Below are positions 1-11,110 of a DNA stretch of 32,213 nt, piece after piece. This stretch comes from Atractiella rhizophila (lineage: Eukaryota): positions 6,144-38,356 of the forward strand of contig MU271623.1 in assembly GCA_021432655.1 (NCBI GenBank), read 5' to 3'. Made by a program: the position numbers and the translations under genes. The stretch's first letter is position 1. Every line of letters starts with the position of its first letter. The notes below the pieces were generated by a model that was not told where the DNA came from, did no database searches, and saw only the letters and a program-made list of their open reading frames with translations.

Positions 1-2587
1 ACCCACTCACGGAGACTGCAGGGAACTGGTGAGCTTTCTCCTTTAAGTTTAGTTAAAGCCGTCCATTGTCAAACTCCCACACCGGAACTCAAATTCTTGC
101 GTGCTGTTTTCTCAGACACCGCGCTTCAGATGTCTGGGCTGACAGCGAGCAGCTACATGGCTCAACCCAGCCTAAGTAGAATAGCAGTCGAAAGTTGCTA
201 GAAGATGGGAGGTGACACTTCTAGAATGGATTGGAGAGAAGGGTTGATGCATTGAGAGGAGCACCACCAAGTGCCACAAGGCGGAAGCTGGGAGGACGAG
301 TCAGGGGACTCCTTTCCGTGTGAAGGAACAGTTTTAAGGGGTCGAACCAAGTAAAAGAAACCTATTTCATAGTCCAACTTCATGTTGCTGATTGAAATTG
401 GCACGTTGAAGCCTCTAGCTCGAAAAGGCCGTTGAGTAACAGAGCTATGCGGCGGTTCTCAAGCGGAGCCAGTCTACACAAGGGTAACATTCTCACGCTG
501 ACCGTAAAGGAATGAAATCTATCGAACTTGGAGTTACCGCAAATTTGGTGAGCAGCCATAGATACAGTGTCCATTGCTTCAGCACGAGCTTGACATTCTT
601 GTCAAAGCGTAGTGATCACGTACATCGTATCGCTCGCTCTCTCAGCATCAACCGTGACAGGGGTTAGCAATTGATGTAAGGTGTAATTGGGGCATTGGAG
701 CTGAAGGTGGAGCCTCACCCCGCTGCACTGTCACTGGCGATAGGATTGATAGCAGCACTGGAGACTCACAGTCACGAGCACAACCAATGCACTTCCTCTT
801 TAATGATAAGAGGACATAACCTGAGCATAACCTCATTACTCTTGAGATACGACCGGGATGCATGGGATTGAGGAACCGATTGAGGAATCTTGAGGATTGA
901 GGATTGACATGCCAGGGGCAAAGTGACCGAGTCATGGTCATCCTGATGTGATGTGCGAGGGAGCTGAAGCGGTCGGCCTGACAATCGTTCAAGTCGACCC
1001 CCTATCAACAAGTGGGGGAAGTGATAGCAGGAGCAGATAGTACTGGTTCTGTACTATTGGGCCGCTATAGAGCCATGGCGGAGAATGGGTATTGGAAGAG
1101 GAATCTCTGTTTGAAAGGAGTGAGTCGTCCCGTGTTCGCCGGCTATTGTGAAGAGTGCAGGTCTCCATTTCTTATTTTGTAATTCATGACAGCGAAATGA
1201 AATACAACTCATTGGTAGCAATACTCCCAAAGCTACTCTATATCATAGTCAGTGAACCCATTCACAACAGGTGAGCCTGAAGAGCAGAGAGGAAACTATG
1301 GCAATTCCTGCAGCCCTATCACCCATCAACAAAGTAGAAGGCGATAGCACGTCAGTAGGATGTGGAAGAGTCTCAGAAGCTCTGGCATTTTACCGGAGAG
1401 GAACCCATTCTGACCAGAACATGGGACGACACACCAATTTCAAACCACTATTTCTCCCCTCTTACCCCTGCTCCCCCTTAGCTGTATAGCAGTCTAGTAT
1501 TCTAGAACCAGCACTCTCTGTCCTTACCAACAATTTCTCCCATTTGTTGATTGGTACCTTGGTAGGTCGAAGGAGTGAGTGTTTATTATTTCCCGTCACA
1601 GTTGTATGCTGATGCCAACTTTAGTAGGCGTGATGCTCATTACCAGCGACCGACGTGTGTTACTCTTACCGCAGTGACATCACCTCATTCGGGAAATACA
1701 CCTACGAGTGCTCTGACCGCTCCCACCCAACCATCCCCTGAAGAGGGGCTGAAGTTCAAGACAAGTTCATCGCTTTCCCCGTTGTACATACTGATATTGA
1801 GGAGGAGATATATCGGATTGGTATGCTTTCTGCCCCTCGATAGATCTGGTGCTCTGATGTCTTCCGCAGGGGAGCGGTCCATGAGACTGACGACGACTTT
1901 ATTGGAGGAACTGATCTCCGAATGCGTGTTACGATCCTACAATCAAACGTAGAGTGTTCACCTTTGTTGATGATTTGGCTTTGCTAGTGTACTGGTAGCC
2001 AATTGGGAATCCGGATTCCATATCGACATTAAAGGACGCAGTGACCCCAGCTGACGCCTTGGTTCAACTCAGGTAGATAAATAAGTGCCTCTGCGTGTTT
2101 CAAGGTCAGAGGTTCATTGTCAGGTTTCATTTATAATGCAACGTCCGAAGCACCTCGCACACGGGCTCATGAGAAATATCGGGGATAATTCTACCACTCT
2201 GTCTGAGAACAACGGCGCTCTCACACTCTTTTACGCGTCAAAATATCAAGTTGTTTTGGAGAGATTTGGACATTTCCCTTGGAGGACCAAGATTTGTTAA
2301 TATTTATTTTAATTATTCTGATGATCATGGCAATGCGCTATCCGTCCACATTCTTGGGTAACGAAATGCAGAGTAGTGATACTGAGACTATGGAGGGGTA
2401 AGGTTGTGGGAAAGGGAGTCTATGACTTGAAGAAATTGAAAAAGAGAAGCTACAAAGTTGACCCATTGAACGCAGGGAGTTACTAGTCTGATTTGTTAAA
2501 AAGGAGATGTATGAATGTGCGAAAAGCTGACTTTCGAAGGGTTGGTTTAAAGCAGTTGACTACGTGGACATACCACGTCATTAACAA

Positions 2588-4704
2588 TCAACAACCAGCT
2601 TTCTCAATCCAGTTGACATCCATAATGCCGAACTTTTGCTTTAACAGCAAAATCTCCCATGTTCGCCATGAAAGGACCTCGGGATGTTTTTCCTTGTCAT
2701 CCCACCCGGGACCAACCAAGTTGTTCAGTGAGCATGTCGTTGAAGCACCCCGAATCCGCAGAAATGGTGAGATCCCATGCCGCCAGGGATTGGAGGTAGC
2801 TATCATCCATTTGAACCAAATTGCTCATCCCAAAGTCGATGAGCACAAAATCGGGGGAGAGGCCAGGACAGGACGGAGGAGGACAAATGATTTGGTCAGG
2901 CCGGTCATGAAGATCCGTATGGTTGACGCCGAGGAGAAACATTGCCCCCATCAATGCCATTCCTTTGTTGAACTGTTGTTTGGAGATAAGCGAATTATAA
3001 CCAGCAAAAGAATGTGAGACGCACGAAATTTTGTTGTTCCTCTTCTGACAGGTCCCGAACCGAAGTCTCGTAGAGATGTGGACCATCGACGTATTCCATT
3101 AGGTGGGCCGCCGCGACTTCACCGTCAGGAAGCTGAATCTGTTTATACAAGGCGAGATTAGAAGGTCAGCCTTCAAAAAAAAAACTCACTCGATAAAAAA
3201 GCCGTAGGATCTCGGAACGCCAGAACCTTGCAGAAAGCGGAGTGCATGATAGGCTCTTTCTTCGCGCTGCCACGAATCTTCTGCATTCGGCCATTGTCTG
3301 ATCCGTAGAATACCGCTACAGTCCATCTCCCACGCCGGAGGTGGGAAGAGTCGTTCATCGTAGATCTTCAAAACTAGTTTCCGCGTTTCCAAAGCGGAGA
3401 CCTTTACTTCAAAGGTTTGGCCCCAAAATTCCTGTCCCGACCGTAAAGAGCTTTCTAGGAAAATCAAATCTCCTGGACAGAGTGAGAAACTCTCGGTGGA
3501 TGGTCGAATAGCGGAGGCTGCTTCAAAGAGAATATTTTGGAAGAATCGAACAAGTGGGTCTTCTGCCGTCATAAGCAGCGGTGGCACAAACGACATCGAA
3601 GAATGGGGGCAAGGGGAAATCACAGAAACAACTCGAAGCTCATGACCCGGGAACTGGAGCTCATCGAGCCAAACTTGAGCTTTCTGAAGTCGACGATTAT
3701 GCCAATCTGCAATCGCATCAAGAATAAGACCATCATCGTTCTGAGCATCGTAAAGATCTAGCTCGGCAGCTACCTGTATTCCATTGAGATCCACATCGTG
3801 CTCTTTACTAGGATCCCTCATCGCACCAGACACAAGAACTCGGGGGAAAGATGCTTCCCCAGTCTGGTGTGAAAATTTTGAGCAGTCCCATCGCTTAGAA
3901 AAGACCTCGCTGAGAAGTGTCAGCGCAGGAAGGTAAGGTCCTTCCTCAAAAGAGGCATAACAGAAAGATTTGAAACAATTAAAGATAACGGTAGCCTTGA
4001 AGTCCAGGAATGCGGCATGGTCCAACCGGTCAACCTCAAGTGATTGAAGGTACGCGAGATAGTTGCCCGCAACAATCGACGTGTCCTGAAAATTGATCCG
4101 CCCATAGTCTGGAAGTTTCCAGTCCTTTTCACGAAGGATTCCAGGAGTTTCCTGTGTTTAACGTCAGAATTAAGCCTCGGACTTTCCGCTGGTACGAACT
4201 AAGATGACAAGAACCGCCAAGGTCTCCTCCTCCATTTGCAAGCGCAGAATATCGACCTCTTGAGTTTGGACTCCGTTGGACGAACAGGTCTGGTGGGTGA
4301 TATGGATCGAAAGCGGCGCTGGTGCTCTTGCAGGGTACATATATATCAAGAATATCTTCAGATCGTGCAAAAACGCCGAAAGCCGTGATTCGCTGCCTAA
4401 AGTGGTCAGCGGTATGCTGGAGGAACTGGGAGACTCACGGTTGCACCTCCCCATGGATGAGTATTTCTGGCCAAAATGGGATGACGTTTAATGGAAGCAC
4501 CTCTAGGTCCTTGAGGAGATGGTCACGATAGGTGACCTTCAGGAATGTGCTGGTCTCTCTTGAGGGCAGAAACTGGGCGCTCGTAACCACTGATTCACAT
4601 CTGTCGTGTGGTCGCTTGGAAACGTCTTGAAGAAGTGGCGGGTCCTCACTATCATCGGAAAAGATTGGGAAGGAAGGCGTCAGGAAGGCGTGAAGCCTTG
4701 TCAT
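2588..4704 (-). pseudogene. K1: kinase-like family paralog, frameshifted (probable pseudogene)
   Basis: Same 5-exon structure as K2-K5 (exons 4704-4439, 4392-4200, 4151-3190, 3138-3025, 2972-2588, all GT-AG introns). Exon 3 is 962 nt versus 960 in K2-K4 (T6 instead of T4 in GGC TTT TAT CGA). Exon 5 has one extra base (TCC CGG GTG G GAT GAC), giving TGA at 2699-2697; the homologous C-terminus KHPEVLSWRTWEILLLKQKFG lies in another frame. Confidence 0.8.
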
Positions 4705-5668
4705 GATAGTGGTGACCTGCTGTGATGTTGATCTCGGGTTGGCGTGGAAGAATGAAGAGGTAGAAATACATGGGGAGATGAGAGGGTCTATTTGGAGTAT
4801 ACGGGTCTCGGCGACGATTGAAATTATATTAACAGGTCTGCATCTTACAGTCCCTTCGAATTCTTGGATAGCTTAATATGAGCGAGAGCGCCGAAGGCAG
4901 ATCTTGCTGCAGCCGCAAGCTACCTTTGGTACATATTGTGCACGTTCACAGAGGCGTTCACAGCGGCAGTAAATAACCCATATCATAGACACAAAGAGTA
5001 GACACTCGATCAAAACTTCAAGCTTCAGTTTGAGAACAATCCTCGAAAACCCCCTTGCACTGCAGGTCTACGACGCGAAAGCTCACCTGCAGATGAAACG
5101 ACAATGCTATGTATCCCGGATCACTTGGGATGTCCTTACAACTGAGACCAGCTGAGACAAGTTGCTGAAGGTGAAGGCGAACGCTAGCGCGTAGTTGTTC
5201 ACGATGCCCTGGACTCTTGTGGAGGAGAGGCGGGAGTGGGTGCACGAGACCGGAGGCGCCGCAAATCTAAATTCTGCAAATACAGGACTACTCTAACAGA
5301 CTAAAAGGATATCTCAACGGCCCAAGCGTTAATTGCTGGCACGTGGCGGATTCGCGTCCTCTGCCCGCCTACGAAACCCGAATGCTACTTCATGAACAAG
5401 AATGATTATCATCAGAGATCTGAAAGAAAAGTCACTGTAGTCATTTCTGAACGGTCTTGCCAACTCGGGCATACTTGACTGGGTTCGGCAATCAAAAGGT
5501 CGTAGACTCGTAGTGTGCTCCTCCCACCTTTTGTTTTCCCAACATACGAGTAATCTGTTGTGGTTTCAACGGATCTCCTTAGTACGGTGTTCATTCTCCT
5601 TCTCGTGAGTGCGCCATATTTCTCCCTTCTCTGCTAAATTTTTCGAGTAAAAGCACGTCGACCAAATC

Positions 5669-7807
5669 ATGATGCTTCTTCACGCCTTTCTCACACCAAC
5701 ATTTCCTGTCCCTGCCAACAAACCTAGAGAACCTCCACTACTTCAAGATGTCTCCAAAGAACCTCATGCTCGATATGCATCGTTGGTTACAAGTGCCCAG
5801 TTCATGCCGGCAAGGGACACTGATAAATTCTTCATGGTTTCACACCGGGATCACCTACTCAAGGACCTCGATGTCCTTCCATCGACCGTTAGTCCATTTT
5901 GGCCGGAGATCTCGATACATGGGGAGGTACATCCGTGAGGCTAGTGCAAATCTCTTTCCCATATCGCTCACCAACTTCAACAGGGAATCTCGTGTTTCAT
6001 TATTTTTACTAGATCTGAAGATGTTCTTGACATATATGTACCCTGCAAGAGCGTCCGCACCGCTTTGCATCCATGTTACCCATCAGACATGTTCCTCCAA
6101 CGGAGTTCAGACCCAGGAGGTCGATATTCTGCGCTTACAAATGGAGGAAGAGATCTTGGCGGTTCTTGTTATCTTGGTTCGTAGTCTTTGAAAAGTCCTA
6201 GGTTCAATGCTGACAATACTGACTGCAAACATAGGAGACTCCTGGAATCCTCCGTGAACAGGACTGGAAACGTCCAGACTATGGGCGGATTAATTTTCAG
6301 GACACGTCGATCGTTCCGGGCAACTATCTCGCGTACCTTCAATCACTTGACATTGATGGGTTGAGTTCTGCCGCGTTCCTCGACTTCAAGTCTACTGTCG
6401 TCGTCAATTTCTCCAGATCTTTCTCCTACGTCTCATTTGAGGAAGGACCTTACCTTCCTGCGCTGACACTTCTAAGTGAGGTATTTTCTGAACGATGGGA
6501 CTGCTCAAAATTTTCACATCAGACTGGGGAAGCATCTTTCCCCCGAGTTCTTGTGTCTGGTGCGATGAGGGATCCTAGTAAAGAGCACGATGTGGATCTC
6601 AGTGGAATACAGGTAGCTGCCCAGCTAGATCTTTACGATGCTCAGAACGATGATGGTCCCATTCTTGATGCAATTGCAGGTTGGCACAATGATCGCCTCG
6701 ACAAGGCTCAACTGTGGCTCGATGGGCTCCAGTTACCAGGCCATGAGCTTCGAGTTATTTCCGTGATTTCGCCTTGCCTCCCAAGTGCAATGTCCTCCAT
6801 CCCACCTCTGCTTATGACGGCAAAGGACCGGTTAGTCCGATTTTTTCAAAATATCCTTTATCAAGCCTCGTCTGCCCTTCGACCCTCAGTCCAGACTATC
6901 TCACTCTGCCCAGGAGATTCAATTTTTCTAGAAAGCTCTTTACGGTCAGGACAGAAATTTTGGGGACAAGTTTTTGAGGCAAAGGTTCACGCCGTGGAAG
7001 CCCAAAAACTGGTTTTGAAGATTTATGACGAACGCCTCTTCCCTCCTCCAGCGTGGGAGATGGATTACGAGGGCATTTTACGGATTAGGCGATGGCCGAA
7101 TGCAGAAGATTCGTGGCAGCGCGAAGAAAGAGCTTATCATGCTCTCCGCTTTCTGCAAGGTTCTGGCGTTCCAAGGTCCTACGGCTTTTACCGGGTGAGT
7201 TCTTCTTCGTTGGAGCTGACTTTTCAATAATCTTCTACAATCAGATTCAGCTTCCCGATGGCGAAATTGTGGCGGCTCACCTCATGGAATATGTCGAAGG
7301 TCCACACCTCGATGAAACTTGGGTCAAGGGTCTGTCCGAAGAAGAACAACAGAACTTTGTGGGTTGATATTCCTTCCGCCATTTCAAGTTACTAACCTGG
7401 AGCAGTTCAACAAAGGGATGGTATTGATGGGAGCAATGTTTCTCCTCGGCGTCACCCATACAGACCTTGACGACCGTCCCGACCAAATCATTTGTCCTCC
7501 CTCTTCAATCGCTGGTGTTGCCCCCGATTTCGTGCTAATCGACTTCGGGATGAGCAACTTGGTTCATATGGATGATTCCTATCTCGCATCTGTGTCAGCG
7601 TGGAATCTCACGATTTCTGTGGATTCCAATCACATGAATCGATTGTTGAATGAACAACTAGGTTGGTCATTGCGATATGGCCAGGAGAAGCACCCAGAGG
7701 TCCGTCCGCGGCGTACATGGGAGATTTTGCTCCGGCATCGCAAGTTTGGTATTCTGGACGTGAACTGGGATGAGGAAAAGGGGTTTTCAAGACAGACTAA
7801 GAGCTGA
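5669..7807 (+). CDS. K2: uncharacterised N-terminal domain + divergent protein kinase-like domain, 644 aa, 5 exons
   Basis: Exons 5669-5934, 5984-6176, 6235-7194, 7245-7358, 7406-7807 splice in frame (1935 nt) with GT-AG introns. Motifs SGQKFWGQVF, KLVLKIYD, REERAYHALRFLQGSGVPRSYGFY, LMEYVEG, HTDLDDRPDQI, VLIDFG. Confidence 0.88.
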
Positions 7808-8349
7808 ATTCGGATGTTTGGCGTTAATGGATTTCTATGTCGTGTTGAACTGATAACTCTTATCGCTCTTCTACAGTGATCTTTGCTTAATTGTCTAAGT
7901 TTTCTACAACGCTATGACTAGCTCCCACGCTAAAACTTCTAATCAAACGATATCCCAGGATCTCAGGTACCTGCTCTATGTTTTCCTAATTAGTTTAGTG
8001 GCTATATTCAAATTCACAATTTACAATACAATTAGGGTAATGGACTCATCGTGCTGGATTTGATTTGGGTCAACATTCTCGTCCTTCGACAGGTGTTACC
8101 AAGTGTTAGCCAGTGTCCCTCCCATGTGGCGATCGCCGCGACGTGGGATAAGGATTCAATGTACGAGCGAGGGCAATCAGACAAGAATTCTTCGAACTTC
8201 CTTCGTCCTTCCTGGTCTGCCGATTGACGATTGAGCAGGCATCAACATGATGCCCGATCTTGGTTGCTAGAGATCTAATGGGTCGACGTATTTGCCCTTT
8301 CAAGGTCATCGTGCTACGAATGCTGAATACGAATCTCAATCCCTGACAT

Positions 8350-10488
8350 TTAACGTTCAACATTGTCGACCTTGTTTTCTTCTTCCCAATTCACATCCAG
8401 AATGCCAAACTTCTGCTGTAGCAGCAAAATCTCCCACGTTTGCCATAAAAGGATCTCTGGGTGTCGTTCTTCGTCATCCAGCAAGGTCCAACCAAGCTGG
8501 TCATTGAGCATTTGGTTGATGTGTTCAGAATCCAGGGAAATTGTAAGATCCCATGCAGCAGGGGACGTTAGGTAGCTTTCATCCATTTGAACCAAATTGC
8601 TCATCCCAAAATCGATGAGCACGAAATCGGGAGCACTGCCAGGGCGGGAGGACGGAGGGCAAATGATCTGGTCTGGACGGTGATGGAGATCTGTATGGTT
8701 GACGCCAAGGAGGAAGATTGCCCCGATCAACGCCATCCCTTTGTTGAACTACTCAATAATAACGAATCGTCAAGTAATGACCAAAAAGATTTAAAACGTA
8801 CAAAGCTTTGTTGTTCTTCTTCAGACAGGTCCCTGATTAGCGTTTCGTCGAGATGTGGACCTTCGATGTATTCCATGAGGTGAGCCGCCACAATTTCGCC
8901 ATCGGGAAGTTGAATCTGTAAACAAAAAGATGGTGAATCCTGAGGTCATCATGAAACAAGGAAAAGTTCACCCGGTAAAAACCGTACGACCTCGGAACGC
9001 CAGATCCCTGCAAGAAGTGAAGGGCGCGATACGCTCTCTCCTCGCGCCGCCACGAGTCTTCTGCGTTCGGCCATCTTCTGATCGGTAAGACGCCGTCGTA
9101 GCCCATCTCCCACGCCGGAGGTGGGAAAAGGCGTTCGTCATAAATCTTCAAAACCAGTTTTTGGGCTTCCAAAGCATCAACCTTTGCCTCAAAAACCTGT
9201 CCCCAAAATTTCTGTCCCGACCGTAAAGAACGTTCGAGAAAAATAGAATCTCCTGGACAGAGTGACATAGTCTGGACTGAGGGCCGAAGGGCAGACGACG
9301 CTTGATAAAGGATATTTTGAAAAAATCGTACGAGTGGGTCCTTCGCGGTCATCAGCAGAGGTGGAATTGACGACATCGAGTGCGGGAAGCAAGGGGAAAT
9401 CACAGAAACAACTCGAATCTCATGACCTGGTAACTGGAGCTCATCTAGCCACAACTGAGCCTTGTGGAGGCGATCATTATGCCAATTTGCTATTGCGTTA
9501 ACGATGGTACCTTCGTCATTCTGTGCATCGTAAAGATCTAGGTCAGCAGCCATGGATATTGTACTTAAATCGACATTGTGCTCTTCATTCGGATTCCTCC
9601 CTGCGCCGGATACGAGGACTCGTGGGAAAGATGCTTCTCCAGTCTGATGTGAAAAATTCGAGCAGTCCCATCGTTCAGAAAAAGCCTCACTGAGAAGGGT
9701 CAATGTGGGAAGATACGGTCCACGCTCAAAAGAGACGTAAGAGAAACTCTCGCAAATGTTGAGTACCACAGTGGAGTGGAAATCGAGGAATGCTGCATAG
9801 TTCAGTCCATCGATATTCAGTGACTGGAGAAATCCCAAGTAGTTGCCTCCAATTTTTGAAGTATCCTGAAAATCCATCCGCCCGTAACTAGGAAGTTTCC
9901 AATCCTCTTCACGCAGGATACCTGGAGTTTCCTATATTCGGAGTTAGTGTGACACCTATGAATCCTCCGATTAAACTGACCAAGATGATAAGAACCGCTA
10001 AGACATCCTGATTCATCTGTAAGCGCAAAACATCGACTTCCTGGGTCATCACTCCCTCTGACGAGCACCTCTGGTGAGTAACATGGATGGAAAGTGGTGC
10101 AGGTGCTCTGGAAGGGTATATGTACCTTAAGAACGCTTCGAGATCAGACAAAAATGATGACAGGCGTGATCCACTACCAAATCTCGTCAGTGACAGAAGA
10201 TATGAACGAACAGTAGTCTTACGGCTGTACCTCACCATGGATCAAGATCTCTTGCCAAAATGGAACAACAGTCGACGGAAGTACCTCAAGGTCCTTGAGT
10301 ACATGGTCGCGATACGAAACGCTGAGAAATGTGTCGGTCTCCCGCGAGGGCATAAATTGAGCGCTTGTGGCTAGCGATTTACAAAGGGCATGAGGCTCTT
10401 TGGACACATCCTGAAGCAGGAGTGGCGTTCTACTGATATCGGGACTGATGGGAAAGGCGGGTGTAAGAAAAGCTTGAAGTCGCATCAT
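8350..10488 (-). CDS. K3: kinase-like family paralog, 643 aa, 5 exons
   Basis: Exons 10488-10223, 10173-9981, 9931-8972, 8915-8802, 8748-8350 splice in frame (1932 nt). Exons 1-4 have the same lengths as K2 (266/193/960/114) and the kinase motifs are the same. An upstream in-frame ATG at 10527 is an alternative start. Confidence 0.88.
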
Positions 10489-10529
10489 TGAAGAATCTAG
10501 TTCTGTTTCGCGGTACTCCATTGTCATTA

Positions 10530-11110
10530 AACATCCACATAAGACAAAGTTCAGTGCGAAATATGCTGGGAATGGGTATAAAAGCTACAGGATACGAAAT
10601 GGAACGCGGAATGTTTGCGCCAAGACAACAAACACGACAAATGGAAGAACACCACCTTTGACACACGAAAGGCATCCTTGGACAATGATACTTGAAAGTA
10701 AGGTGGGTCAGAGTCTCATACGACAAAGAATATCCTAGTCAGAACAAAAGATGATATCGCAACCTTTGTTCACAAATAAAAGAATTAGCAGGTGGGGATC
10801 GGTTGATAAAAGTCAGAAAGAAAGAGTATTGTGGCCGGTTTGTTGAGCATTCGACGCCAATTTCGTGCATAAGAATGATAGAACAAAGGAGCATAGCATA
10901 GTGTTGATGAGGCGTGGATCTGCAGTGAGTTAAGTTAAACAGAAGGCATTAGTTCTTTGATTAGCTTGCAGAGACACATATGTAAAACGGAAGCCAGGGT
11001 CTCTGACACTTGACAAAGAACTGAAAAGAAAAGGAGTGCATGGCTGAGGAGTCGATAAAAAGGCTACTAGCATAACAATTTCTGATCAGTGCAAACTCGA
11101 ACAAATCACG
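10530..11110. promoter_or_regulatory. Putative bidirectional promoter between K3 and companion A
   Basis: Spacer between divergent ATGs. The ~250 bp next to companion A match the reverse complement of ~26800-27040 in blocks (gttaagt...aaggca..ag..ct.tga.tagc; cttgacaaag.a..gaaa.gaaa.gg; aaatcacgATG). Confidence 0.45.

Noticed and set aside
2697..3200. The +2 and +1 indels in K1 as mutually compensating frameshifts
   Set aside because: The intervening shifted frame contains a TAA in exon 4.
4860..5600. A companion-gene remnant in the K1/K2 spacer (likewise upstream of K4, 21200-22330)
   Set aside because: None of the companion motifs were found by eye, and the short ORFs there have no support.
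5669..5938. Repeated ~89-aa ORFs (MRL.AFLTP...HGEVQP*) as separate small genes or an operon-like array before each kinase
   Set aside because: The stop codon is part of a phase-2 GTRAG donor in every copy. Splicing joins these ORFs in frame to the downstream exons, so they are exon 1.
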